Part shown: positions 21,001-25,800 of the stretch, piece by piece
Position numbering within the stretch: position 1 is the first letter of the stretch
How the letters are laid out: the number at the start of each line of letters is the position of its first letter
Origin: Candidatus Omnitrophota bacterium
Lineage (GTDB): Bacteria > Omnitrophota > Gorgyraeia > 1-14-0-20-64-10
DNA length: 64,000 nt
Assembly: GCA_023248155.1 (NCBI GenBank)
Contig: JAHFFE010000008.1
Span: 6,515 to 70,514 of the forward strand
Direction of reading: 5' to 3'
The notes under the pieces: model-generated
The model's database searches: none
What the model was told of the DNA's origin: nothing
What the model saw: the letters and a program-made list of their open reading frames with translations, nothing else
Translations under genes and position numbers: made by a program

Positions 21001-22710
21001 GAATTACCCGATCCAGAACTCCGGTATGACGGTCCTGAAGCGGTTCAAGACTATCTGGAGTCGTCTCTGAGATTGGGACGTTTGGCCGCGATGAGAGCTT
21101 ATGCCGAAGAGGCCAAAGTCAAAGATTTTGAAGCCTGGCTGGCACAGCAGCCGTCCATTGCCGATGCCGCGATTGATTACGCGCGGGAGGCTGCTAAGCG
21201 GGATATTTCAACCGATCGTCCTGTGGCCTGGACTCCCAACGCGCCGCTGCCAGTGGTAGTCGAACAGCCAGTACAGCCGGTGGTTACCCCGGCTGAGAAA
21301 GAAGTTTCCGATCCGAGCTGGCTGGTCAAAGAACTCAGCACGAATGGCGTGGGGGTTCTGACCGCTTCCGGAAAAGTGACGCCCGCCAGCGTTGAGCGGT
21401 TTATGGATCTTTCGCGTACGGTGATGGAAGAACGGTATGGCTGGCAGAACTCGCTCGAAAAAGAAGGTGCCCGTTATTGGTTAGATGAGAAGGGCGATGC
21501 GTTCCTGACCCGGCCTGACGGTAGTTCCTCTGTGGCGTGGGACTGCTTCGATGGCGCGGTGGCGATCGCCAAAGTGCTTGAGTCCGTGGGCTTGCAGCCG
21601 GAACTGCGCGTTGGCCAGACCAACGGCTTCACGCGCGACGTGTTCGTAGAAGTTGAGATTGACGGCCAGACGCTGCGCTTAAGCGCCGTTCCGTCGATGA
21701 AGGCCGTTGAGGTGGTTTCCAATGCGGCCGCGTCGCAGTGGCGCAATATCCAGCCGGTTCCATGGACGGTCGCCAATCAGATGGCGGCGGCGCGCGTTTC
21801 AGTAGTCGGTATGTCGCACATGCGCCCGATGGCGATTCAGGAGCAGAACGGCTCCTATCAACTAATTCTCGGCGGCGTGACGCGCAATAGTGCTGGAAAT
21901 TTGGATATTACCGTCGCTACGCAAAAAATCGGTCCAGATGGAACGGTTACTCCAGTGTCGTTGCACCGCGCCCGGAACATTTCAATCCGCGCGATGCAGG
22001 TTCAGGGCAATGGTTCTGAGTTGTCGGAAGCGCTCAAGAACGCTGGTACGCAGGACCTGCGCGGTGAACTGGAACAGGCGTTGAAGGGAACCGGCGCGAA
22101 CCTCTCGACGCAGGGGAATTCGGAAGGATTGAAAACGCTGGCCGACATGCTGCGTATTCCGGTTGCTCAGAAGCGGCCGGTCCGTTTGCCGGCCTCCGGC
22201 GAAACCGTTCCGCAGGATGCGATGGTTGCCGCGCTGCCGGGTTTTGTCCGCTGGCAGCAGTTTGCCCAGCAGATCCAGAATAACGATGTCGTGGTTCTTC
22301 CGGCGCAGCTGCTTGACCAGGTTGATTCGGCCACGCTCGACGCGCTCTCGGCGCTGCCGCCGGAACTCAAGTCGCGCGTGGTTTTGCTGGGGTCAGGGTG
22401 GCAGCAGCGGTTGGGTAATAAGACCGGCTTCCAATATGCGGCTGGTGCTGAAGAATTGGCAGCGCTGTTCGCCGGCCGGCCCGGCATCCGCGTTCAGGTG
22501 TTCGGCCTGAACCCGGTGGAAGATTCGTTCAAGGCGATCCGCGGCGCGCTCAGCGGCAAGGGAATCACGCTGGTTGTGGTCCGGTTGACCGGCTCTCTCG
22601 AGCAGTTCCTGCTGATGCTGGGCCGGGCACTGTTAACGCCGGAAGCGGTCACGCATACCGAAGCCCAGCGCCTTGCGCAGGAAGTCCGCTCGTTGGGCCG
22701 TCAGGCATAG
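1..22710 (+). CDS. Giant multidomain protein (>7,500 aa, 5'-truncated) with coiled coils, a hydrophobic block, a SecA-like ATPase, GNAT-, C39- and transglutaminase-like segments, GxEE motifs and a C-terminal tail
   Basis: Frame +1 is open from base 1 (GCC AAT CAA AAC...) to TAG at 22708-22710, so the GTG at 76 in the ORF track is not the true start. Internal motifs are listed below. Confidence 0.93.
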   Translation, partial: ANQNGQAIPLFADQYGFAVEGSVRQVAVRFDDPLSGKSQTENVYLQYNRDAKGDWQMVTYWATDKVRWDAGLKDNVTGQTVGGYRYNETPQERQQFGKTLVRVDGLVRRDEAGNLKILALGGLNTEKLPALSVLTNNGMRQFEDVRVRFYTDSTFHEVSAGSKVGGVGYEAKVDGKWVPLHQLGIVPEGIDTDRSTVLALESTKISIAVDAQGNFTLGKSTEGLKDLNGKPLTGSLVGHHSEGNFNLYVGKGGQVFYQGARAAEGSVGYQRVVQPFIAQIQSQGSYGTGYPVQYLPSENLEGYRDLIAQGLGLTTEQMTGLYPQGKISEAFSNPVISLADANIRVTVDGGTYGRQLPGEGNHLEMNTQNGSSFLLSGQSGLDLVLDRTEQSVGANRYTILSEYNGTEGATVKLETPLVIHEFSEQIQINPKAVAEIRNLFIRGMERFKGMAAPDFVSAMKDELQNSVSRLTASGVTQSVEPVYRVVSRFEQPAQDPLTSRMELTPLNGRMVTPAIQGDSLNPASSISLMGTNYAVGSKIAFEGRPEGLTLATLEEGRAWKSTVVTNTDFLKAVGLEKNQAVVVMQHYTSGNTRVPQVLRSISVVNPSTGNSELMSYRYDPKSGADVGSGQFSLPLNSTLESLQKQFGSVDVDGFDAGAGLEVVGMTDLPKMTAVALREQGQELTLGIQRQMAPQSDQMLRFTAGMEAVLPGLLGELDRQGVSLEAFLGATEYGPTYSGMLNPVLADAADASSNRELIGIAVLAPEVTPVGRPVLQQALVQQLWLGRNGQIAYDIVSGRDTAVELVQFFDPKTGQQGIVTNDRTGNSIFFAKGTEWIMPMKDTPTVDIAWKAEAFKVEGISLVLGQQTAWLFDTKNNRFAQLEINGQKTQPDSNGWARINEGDIYQLSRDDDPRRLERQKDGSLAPTIVSTNTLPPSMRADTLPVAEKITPEQQLEQLKASVKNVRDQLGEALGSESAPGKLQTQTREQETRLAHLYGQTQEPGVQQSRDQKPPVKLEDKQLALLVGTADEYVKQVDAFLKDGKALSEDKMKALLASGNTLLEKTKEYLGNKDFQEQFAVLQKASGQMDKQLTKLEQDWKDAKMSPEQKQYLGAQLRFMTEQQATQAILYSKAQPLVAYQEMYRAVTEIRQELGLRGEGFATPVALPDSLAEIGSRLEVQARVMDGLEERLQGLPIAKQTEILNGLTEQTKALNADLGKALDDKGIQENLGKLASDLETIVPDVLLLKGRVDSWVSLGRPASFTVDGVDLRVEAASIGSKLDSLRQAYPVTRLGELVANVQRNAGDLAVQWNEKNTLLVPMLQQQAAQSAFESKYKQVAAPLMAIYGKVYEAVDRVYDKQAEGYIRRIAESTAILLEKSAGMERAEATLRSIDQAKLGSDQPAFQSSQEKNLARTADALKPEIAVLKKEIQTEQAALHAIRVEQHAAWDRDAPQQVLYKIDENGEKVYLRKDMAATNDVAKRTNDTVNTRVLYSIPNEKTKSWLELNAGSLAVGSADGKIATRYVLQPAKIDPANENTVLAPERMLRMTDYDPSKDPQQRVHVEESLGEIRYDSNKNSKELPFVGSFKDPERAGRNIRLLSETKFLNPREAVRVERFSGESIYEQAAIQGMDKELQQQSFIDINKIDTNKNKFLVNARATYMRLAENVPGYADLRNRANIAQQETRLYSNITDNPYRGTVLASDAYGISRERITRADDFYEETKFVGPGATESYRIEKATGLADGATHVAKYVYTYYDGEKAVSNYIRGSETFIKAPDGIRRGSDVHPDQYVTPLNPKPVELAMIKAGDPKKGYTLDPYGTSAMKDFVAAPANIPFGGSEGRILAQVAEMPQLKFKSEASLKENGVEIYEARTKVEKAEQLKVRDTGFMQMDSRVYGESGDTTGNIQFVVRKDDFGNLHVDTKENYAFVKGVWVNARVLAVGPVATSIWNEKRYNPNHVQIEGGERFSPDQLNASYSRIEINKAGDAEERVYYGRTLLNSEEQKLNYPDKPDEQVIAGIYNKLDGSFTGNTRMIVPYFSDPKGFVPFQMLYGAFHVDQLGRWAAGPDGKVDTFMGNMTPNQFAWTTAVFREALIFEVGGLAMKGPTLGGGIGRGYQTVVGWSAGAASRRAIVGLGEQAFVQGGKALSEAGILVGRSAAAQVYTRAYSNAAARLLFKPVGQTVATLADDLAVATVSRISAQVSVHGAGYLSANIIGRTGMQIATPFLTRPAMSWQAFREGAGQFFSSGKNGWVSPENIKTLLIRTPLDIQFRMNPAFSLASNLGLLISDRMGTPMVNQYGLPTSNGFFSTHFAADRHGSENLFTAESWKNAVMLTPIMFASQPISRALGGLIGFNQLAQLKSAAHSSVIAQYSVLYMDMKVLLPAAEGVIVSGLETVGIPSKVEVFGFSFSPSGLIAQVVSFGIIAPQITPNAGKAASAEVLRTESADAAAGASRALTDIAGREARNQQAVPPATETLAGTGAVQETVARQVDMAEQTQTSQQTRTVAETETPELIRLSDTAREQVPDAEGTLNRLLVLPVTSGSSATGAELADVTGSLRAYSGEARAGAGDSTFRGALRQGVEHAMGMLQSWLTGRSEPGKAPTATEQLDLLTAVDNLAQAVEATGLGRKLGDKLGDLAGQAAGFKTPELNALAPSAAAPASIRALNLGQSLPQNLQNAGVASSRVAVVAGKLGEVVARVPDQIRRISGSSPETAAVITVAITRSVASLARFVPEGDVRSRLVQAPRAAAAEMAKITPRQETTPPTVKVAAAPETTPAQPQTASTSDAIQIRSVENGKAEEIRIKLDSDRSNVSSATDLSGRLTLTVDTKGNLTISAEGELPAELRNSRVTLTQDGKPVNSNGRELNGKVTLGSLLDKPIQVNTDKDSVKIRINSGKEGTFEETAQKAADKTAETARPRETEPSARPKESSFRDQVRAVFNEAGRDSDQQSFVTQQDVVHSTFDGVRSEFNQLIEQAAKAATPEARQALLEKAVQRLDQMITVAEEALGAIGRKGLNAAETGKLVNQLFEDVSKGYDLLADTALAAAEARGGNASGLVASMGQSFSRMADFAGSAARLLQQAGAKPSELITLIGKTAERLMGADGKSGSFGKLLAIYDAVVKDAKATAAQRTEAVVGISTAEASLGRYVERSLQTAKNAGIKVNAEALGNMFYESTNEYTSRIEQLDVNKFGELTANQAGQLFGNELAAMESARDAFAAVRSSGGKVNLGRDGKLFGRMATAVSRQITAVFAQTKAGSEQFFAAVEASSRLMEDTRSLEQARLLEKGAAGDLIRSQMKTLSTALDKLAGGSNEIVAAGQEAETLFVWFEALVGSDVWSGLDANQRAVILGFSIEAQASSQLAGVRSEEQHARAGAIFPQQATRGAGAFRSRLQNEVRNLFSDPNLSADSKLELANRVDRTEKATRFDRATLRAKNQARAQAADVFADQARDNAGTAAGTAAAVKWAIARRTPAADRLLESTGATRSDKSRGSPEDLASRAAQANTPESRRAVSEIWASLKQELRQRSDFTSERELDLDSRLSGRAPETPRESPQELIARTAPALNKAAQAKLQKAPVEPVEVVRIDKAGRNALPGLKELPSGKDRDTIIENRIQSMSDQKRLETLTKQTEIGTKDGTPVLALQVVEGDRGFLISLDSRLSTGGTVRQRVATELVRRAEVQILSKSQLETVFRQMHADNASGKTIELPGGKSLPNIAAVREVIDQVVEGPVRRVVEGDGLQALFKSGSEIDTLSKKIGEQLDQKLPVVEATIVLNDRPTDVVMTNELAREIVKKLSEIRKPFYAKEAESAVTTVLETVVIPEGATPQQRTAAIVSALTGKIIEPMKAAKPDATNGQDIVVTITADGTAHKAPRADFVKAMAGTIGAEVAERLAYEGKLDQLTSDQTKELVGKLSDTVRSVEAETLDGLRKGLFNDEQIILNDAADNAIRGAIVPVLASRAEQLAREELGQTDRINFHKPAEGKDSLTALKNTETRLLNETGTARGSREHAVILIDSLPRLFEQSQRNGLALSGKALSEDLSKEITASADFHGQLARDARTQLVNSSENHTAFGSNEQVSSQIDRGWNNISIDRTSLKQGQVDHLTSIVRLEAAGLVRDALEPFAVSGATQDQFNKAGLTPAFIERLGYDSDGLKLESGKTAYAPETVQTVRGKVDSEARVRVRAEQVRDLKGFPSIRPEQWAAIRNIAMGDKYSVEALSTGGGKSSFVSPVLAAFIYDTTGEKVVVVFSDAGLMKAGYNDAARVWGVGKYSDKPGLTTNGKSDGPKFDVYLHETGHIPERLDPELESANIIYTTLEGLKSASLAEKLGTSPNAFEPFRQANYLIDEFDTLKLDPDLQGTLPGSGITLAQFGHVQTQVETVVRYIRATYGESAVENFREGKGGNGLSNSIEQSLTYTETELSPELRIVANRGDIHEMSAIGLERTANGNYRYTPRHDQVHFSPEFKEGLVEYLREKSVSLELKFNQDTQFSDFVDSPEGQQWMAAADEVARAVTAIHGRDFATDATLADGTISSRSPTRLVPVHEASGGTQTRQHWSNPYQAAAYNEVLSGEFLKSSPLPAGEIQLDPTSTRVSTNDVLADIRAGHIAARGENGTGPQLRIHGYSGTGIQGGGGRLLGRLFGVTVPDVEARAENLGSLAADQFTVLRGPDAMQQALSQSARVTIDVTTVLDSKINETLWRSENQSSAHVIRDGEGNFWYFEKGSNQPRSIDYADARLLALNDNVRFFIHRAGSRGLDLPIPEGAGIRVLVSDSTGLDALEQALGRWRGEYNHQLWGADNYKPGIGQVQKNQVDLVMIDSRETGPNTISKGELENMAVQNQNRAVDPTALGQQIQTTFSTRAQWQLGKMLTIVQASPGSEAWAAPLRQKLNDLMEHNAAAANHQQTGTALQSGEHQLVEAVRNGLRGEVSAMAEVRSLEASGEYGPLPAEAKAILEETLSNRVADFETEGHLLTRNELGQIAAGKGSELTADTQAVLIRGGYAEKADATGVLRLTEKGQSSLTELDRATATVPIVSSLSEARTVSQAIRFVQSEVGREELPLLAGRSAPDSVRTLTLRDNLNGLLESVGLTEGERTNFLNSPELQRLQDGQGRFIGESGRNFVETSEQLVAAVRNDSDRGALSTALTSLGHSDWAAIVTNGTQPGNGLALAQTALGLSSSPLTDPQSGGVKFLVSVGYQLQLEQTPASVQLSPSDWARLQTSSNMGLELNSLLGTRTTVDPALMARAQSGQETIQQVLPIRQQLHQIEKELDSIQDSRIEEAVKTGRDNPVSVKRGDKNDPLPANLVLKEAELTRRRDQTQTQLTKAEKPLDKGLLTVADLVTTHAGGDVDRAASLAVRFNPALQSYSHSQLTQALRRLTQPVRDNGFGLQGRSISVYDLDNYLRDSREFLKTAAPSRGLLSEALTELDKAIDLEKIEGTRTKDKSKSEVTLPIIEAAAAATVARLSAGRVEKMAGENEDVPLLDGVPLTNERVTRLLMTAVNPTASDNDLSAAVTIGSVATDLSEQQVGSYQTDPSLLRARQRAALESAARRVAYRDVSNKAEQLVARFEAQDKSLTPADLKIIYTAFEALENKKDRGALVQIVRAQLSQNELSAGQIIQQHPAEVVSEYRSALLRDPLSLLPSISLVASVASQEKINNNSYASLAAGRRTLIDRLDSVNRLFNPDLQESAATGLVEERLGIVSLTAASNVSIEQSLLHLNRMVANGRQEFSDPAGIFVRLNLKLTQASSLRIDEARSAAARVTHLLEKGLRREDLVPQITAQAVDQLRAKVGLPPLNLNQVQRVVYDRYLPFVERELGGVANPAASQKQLSSYAVNELKSILTDMGNPVASNIAQQISDITILQLVQLSHNLNQQVFIPNNTAIAIHPEGITAGALSDVKDRNINGITVFDVLVDQPFENVMGSTPGAMHFENVGVAMPEKGFRVLDVVSMLRAGQVNIQAQKIARLLRESGDSASLQVANLVISWAQQIEAQVDRSRITIDGTARSLQKNQRIEESWHASDRASVGQLGDVASQGSQAIPATVAAILREDGRLIQVVAGSADPAAMAAARSQLTGDDNGSVFELSAKLERLRASSDINELAIEFTNTLIQWENDSGLYVKAFGWVLRMMDSKGVTLSGATADEAMAGFRRGMADIQNDTFYRYDERLERLDGDQQLKMRFIGRDTAQQRFFVQASAENRAAYVATQQALARSVDSYLTRAGLEEGGGEEPKPEEIAAAKAKEIDTAWKQLTAISKDVQAPIVISANIRQANGIVMPAEAVLIEQAMARRVDAAVQRLIERINGAAVIRRMNVQEAAMDAVERQVPVFLMNNGRPERVMGMDRSGLLVTMGVGKDQTLQQITADPALQEADFLVGVFQPIALGEPVTLKRGGVDEQVRFEFVSNGATASSWEMLDKDGITDVIRSLAREPGSFERFEASWKTQHETPGTIHAVARDSKGRIVASIVTYPDSAEVHPGDYAAAQQAGASYLVSQPALYIKYWAAADGDKKVSGAGDALRAALLKALKEGKVSSKDRKPYQLVTFHARAEQFGQEGTAAPSVFDILWKEKLQLSADSYDLITQKGYYQGSHGESVDAHYAIIKTDKIFSEQTPVPPIQKSGAEEAVIEESVINEFADGLLGRQLDAVITSQIDQLTAGSGQELRKLPEIRRLSVTDADMNSVMEALKDPRTIEDLNCACASAVNYARAMGQQVTAPDMGNIVHRFVGLMVRQALTDNGSSLTLYERLGMGERPSIPVPFELIQTVLATPGLIAAAPRGFVTTLYQTSAVPAGKTVTVMERTESVPVPSAIYSRYAREGFVLGNRNGPFVAYLEGRNIGGHAAVVSAMPDAVTISPVAPVSVRGFMVRGPAMFAIKDGVLYADSKQVTGLDQALATVQTSRWQKVAMAGIGGAPGTVKAVDEMATAVIEAANSNTNSSSPVEGLPPDNRVLSGSLSKAKKRLARQAVAKSRFETWLSKLARIATLGEELAKFQEGLNELNKLDDGELPDPELRYDGPEAVQDYLESSLRLGRLAAMRAYAEEAKVKDFEAWLAQQPSIADAAIDYAREAAKRDISTDRPVAWTPNAPLPVVVEQPVQPVVTPAEKEVSDPSWLVKELSTNGVGVLTASGKVTPASVERFMDLSRTVMEERYGWQNSLEKEGARYWLDEKGDAFLTRPDGSSSVAWDCFDGAVAIAKVLESVGLQPELRVGQTNGFTRDVFVEVEIDGQTLRLSAVPSMKAVEVVSNAAASQWRNIQPVPWTVANQMAAARVSVVGMSHMRPMAIQEQNGSYQLILGGVTRNSAGNLDITVATQKIGPDGTVTPVSLHRARNISIRAMQVQGNGSELSEALKNAGTQDLRGELEQALKGTGANLSTQGNSEGLKTLADMLRIPVAQKRPVRLPASGETVPQDAMVAALPGFVRWQQFAQQIQNNDVVVLPAQLLDQVDSATLDALSALPPELKSRVVLLGSGWQQRLGNKTGFQYAAGAEELAALFAGRPGIRVQVFGLNPVEDSFKAIRGALSGKGITLVVVRLTGSLEQFLLMLGRALLTPEAVTHTEAQRLAQEVRSLGRQA
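6240..7280 (+). other. Gly/Ala-rich hydrophobic, probably membrane-inserting region of the giant protein
   Basis: Several hydrophobic stretches, e.g. FAWTTAVFREALIFEVGGLA, AFSLASNLGLLI, AVMLTPIMFASQPISRALGGLIGF, FSFSPSGLIAQVVSFGIIA. Confidence 0.55.
12571..14460 (+). other. SecA-like SF2 ATPase domain within the giant protein
   Basis: SecA motifs in the correct order: IRPEQ (Q motif), STGGGKS (Walker A, ~12652), VVVV, IIYTT, LIDEFD (DExD, 13027), GYSGTG (cf. GMTGTA), RAGSRGLDL (cf. MAGRGTDI), EQALGRWRG (cf. QLRGRSGR). Confidence 0.8.
19190..19810 (+). other. GNAT acetyltransferase-like domain within the giant protein
   Basis: HAVARDSKGRIVASI...LYIKYWAA...SGAGDALRAALLKAL resembles the GNAT beta3-beta4-motif A helix; it lies between the AGLEE and SGAEE motifs. 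Confidence 0.5.
20065..20560 (+). other. Peptidase C39-like (papain-fold) segment
   Basis: LNCACASAVNYARAMG (Cys-helix) followed by FVAYLEGRNIGGHAAVVSAM (His-strand), the order seen in C39 peptidases; a catalytic Asp is not clearly seen. Confidence 0.5.
21530..21700 (+). other. Transglutaminase-like segment, apparently degenerate
   Basis: WDCFDGAVAIAKVLESVGLQPELRV...RDVFVEVEIDGQTLRLSAVP matches GDCxDxA...L...G....HAWVEV.IDG.W..DP, but the His and Asp positions are substituted. Confidence 0.55.
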
Positions 22711-22754
22711 TCAGAAATAGCATAGAAGATTTTTACACAAAAACCGGTTCACGC

Positions 22755-22830
22755 ATGGCATACTTAAAGTAGGTCAAGGGTAAAAACACCTTTCGCGGGG
22801 TCGCACCAGCTCTCCCCGCGGAAGTTTTTA
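22755..22830 (+). promoter_or_regulatory. Conserved leader, copy 1: ATGGCATACTTA (extended -10-like) plus a GC hairpin and U-tract
   Basis: ATGGCATACTTA at 22755-22766; stem TTTCGCGGGG/CCCCGCGGAA at 22791-22823, then GTTTTTATT; the same layout recurs at 39981-40057. Confidence 0.6.
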
Positions 22831-22898
22831 TTACCCCTCTTTTTCAAGAGATAAGAACTTTTCGATAAAGCGGTTTAGTTGACCCAAAAGGGGGATTC

Positions 22899-25800
22899 AT
22901 GATCGTTCGCTTTAACCGGAAAACAGGGCAATCTTCCGAAGGAACTCCAGTTCCTGGCGAAGGCGTTTTACTTCCGGTCCAGCGCCCGCGGTTAAGACCG
23001 GTTCTGCGTTCGGTCGCGGCAGTCACGCTGGCGGCCTTCACGATCACTTCCATCGTTCCGTCCGTTTTCGCGCAAACCGTTCATTCGAAAGAAACACTGC
23101 GTCCGGTTCAAGAAGCGGAAGGCAATAATAAAGAAAAGGTTGGCGGCCTTGAAGAACGTCTGCGTGCTTCTGGTTCTGAACCGATTTCGGCTGATCCAGT
23201 ACTACTCACCCCGACTCCTTCAGTTTCAGCAGGCGGCCAAGGTGATGGACTCGCCACCACCACTAATTTCTGGGTTAACCGATCTGGAAGCCCTATTGCC
23301 GGGAAGGAAGAAGATTCCGCGGTCCGCGTTGATCGCCGCACTGCGCTGGCGGCAGGTTTATTGGGTACGGCAGCGGTAGCCACGGCGCTGACAGCGCCTG
23401 TTTCACTGCCGGCCCAGGATGTTACGCCACCTCAACCCAAGGTTGTTGCCGCTGCTCCGAAAGCTGCAGCGAAACCAGCCCCACGCCCTGTTCTTGTGGA
23501 ACAGATCACCAGTAATCTTGTCCAGAATGACAAGGGACAAATACAACTCGAAACCGTTTCTCGAGGGACACGGTCAGACCGGGTGATTGCTCCTCCTACG
23601 AAAGAGTCGCGCCATCCCATGATAGCTGCGGTCCAGGCCGTTAAAGCCACTTTGACCCGCGGTCAGGAGCTGGTCCGCTCGTTTCTCACGGGTCCTTCTG
23701 AAGTGATCCGCTGGTTCGCGGTCAAAAACCACGCGCGGTCGATTATTCCAAAAAATCATCCGAATGTCATTCTCTCTCTCAACGATTTCCGGCCGTTTAT
23801 TGATCAAGGCCCGGAGCGGGTTGCAGTGGTATTAAAAGCAATCGGTGCCGCGGCCAAAGCTCAGGGTTCCAAAGTATCGATCGCGCTGGATATTGGTGCT
23901 TTTGTCGATAACCGGGATTTCAGTGATTTGAAAACGCCGATCAGCGCTAACACCACCCGTGATTATCTGGTTCCATTTGTGACCGAAGCAAAACGGCAGG
24001 ACATCAAAGTGCTTCCTTACAGTTCCGACCGCGGCGTGATGCTGGATATCGGAAGTTACAAGCGCGAATTACAGGATGCCCTGCAAATGGGCTTTGACCG
24101 CGAAGCGATCGTGACCGACTGGGAATGGTGGGCGTCGCCTCCCGGTGTTGAGAATCTATGGGAAACACTAACGCTTAATAAACAGGATGACGCGAAGGCG
24201 CAACTGGCGCTTGAGTGGCTGAAAGCTCATCAGCAACTGCTTACCAGTGTGATTTCAGACAAAGAAATTCCGGTTACCGCCAAGCCCACTCAAATCTACG
24301 CATTGGTGAATCAGGATTTTGCGCAGGTGCTCATCAAGGCATTAGACGGTAAACCGTTGCCGTCACGGTTTCATTTGGTGGTGATGGCCTATAACACGCC
24401 TCGCGGCAAAGAGGCCGAGTTTGTTCAAGCAGCGCAGAAGTCTTCGGCCGACTTGACCGGCCAGAAAGCCAGCGGCTACGCGCTCAATTTTGAAAGGGAT
24501 GCCAGCCCGGATCAATCATTAAACGGTTTGGCTGTTGAAGGAAAAGTTGGTGAAACCGTTCAGCAGATTGCCGCGCAGGCCAAAACCGGCGGTGAACCGC
24601 TCTTTATGCATATTCCGTCGCATCGTGATCTGACCAGTTTAATGGAAACCGGCAAGATGGTGCCGGTGTTACCAGCCGATCAGGTTGAGCTGGCTCAAAC
24701 AACGGCTATTGCCTTGGGTAAGATGGTGCTCGGCGGCACACCCAAATCTCCCGAAATTATTCGCCGTTATTTACCAAGACCGGAAGATACCGCCACGGTG
24801 ACGAACCGAATTGCCGTGGAGCCGGTGACCCATGGTATTGGCTTTGGCACCACCGGTGTTGGTACTGTCGGGGCAGTCGGTCGCAATGTGGAAGCATGGA
24901 TGGGCAAGGGCGTCTGGTGGTTCCTGGATCCAGACACATTTATTTTGGGGCCGGAGGCCGGCTTGACCGTTTCTGCCATGAAAAAAATCGTCGGTACTCT
25001 GGTCAGGGGTGAATTGGAAACCGTCAGCATGGAATTGATCGTGACGCCGCTGGGTGAAGACGGCCGACCGTCGGGTCCGGCATTGCCGCCTATTTCAGTG
25101 ATGGGTGTTCCGGATCCGACCCGCGAACTCAAAGGGGCTCGTTACGACGCGCAATTGCGCGTTAAGCTGCGCCGGCCCGGCGAGCGCCTGGCGCAAAATC
25201 CTGAGAGCTGGCCGCTGATTAATGCCTCGATTGAGGCTGAAGTCGCTTTGGGCTATCCCGGCTACGGCCGCACGCCGCTGACCGTGTCGGAAGCGATCCA
25301 TATTCCTCCAGGGCGTGGCAATGAAACCGCTGAGGTGACGATTCCTCTGGGTGAAATTACTCCGACCATCAGCTTTTTTATTTTGCGCAGCCGCGATAGC
25401 CAGGAAAAAATCACCGGTTGGTATGGCCCCGTAAACCCGATGTATATGTCACAGTTCACCGATTATCTGCTCGACCAGAAATACAAAACGAAATGGGCTC
25501 ATCTGGAGACCGTCTGCGCCGATCCCAATACCAGTGCTCAGCTGTTGGCTGAAGCGACCGAAGAGATGAATCGGATGGGCGGGCATGTGACGGCGCTGCA
25601 GCTGGCGGTCGATCACCGGGGTGATCTGATGGTGCCGGTTTCAGTTGAAGAATACAAAGATGCCGCCTCCATGCGCGCACAATTTCAATCGCTGCGGGAG
25701 CATGGCGTAACCCATATTTCCGTGCGGGTTCCTGAGATCGAACAGAATGCCGATAAATATCTGGTTCAATACGCCGAAAAAGATATTTGGGGTGTCGATT

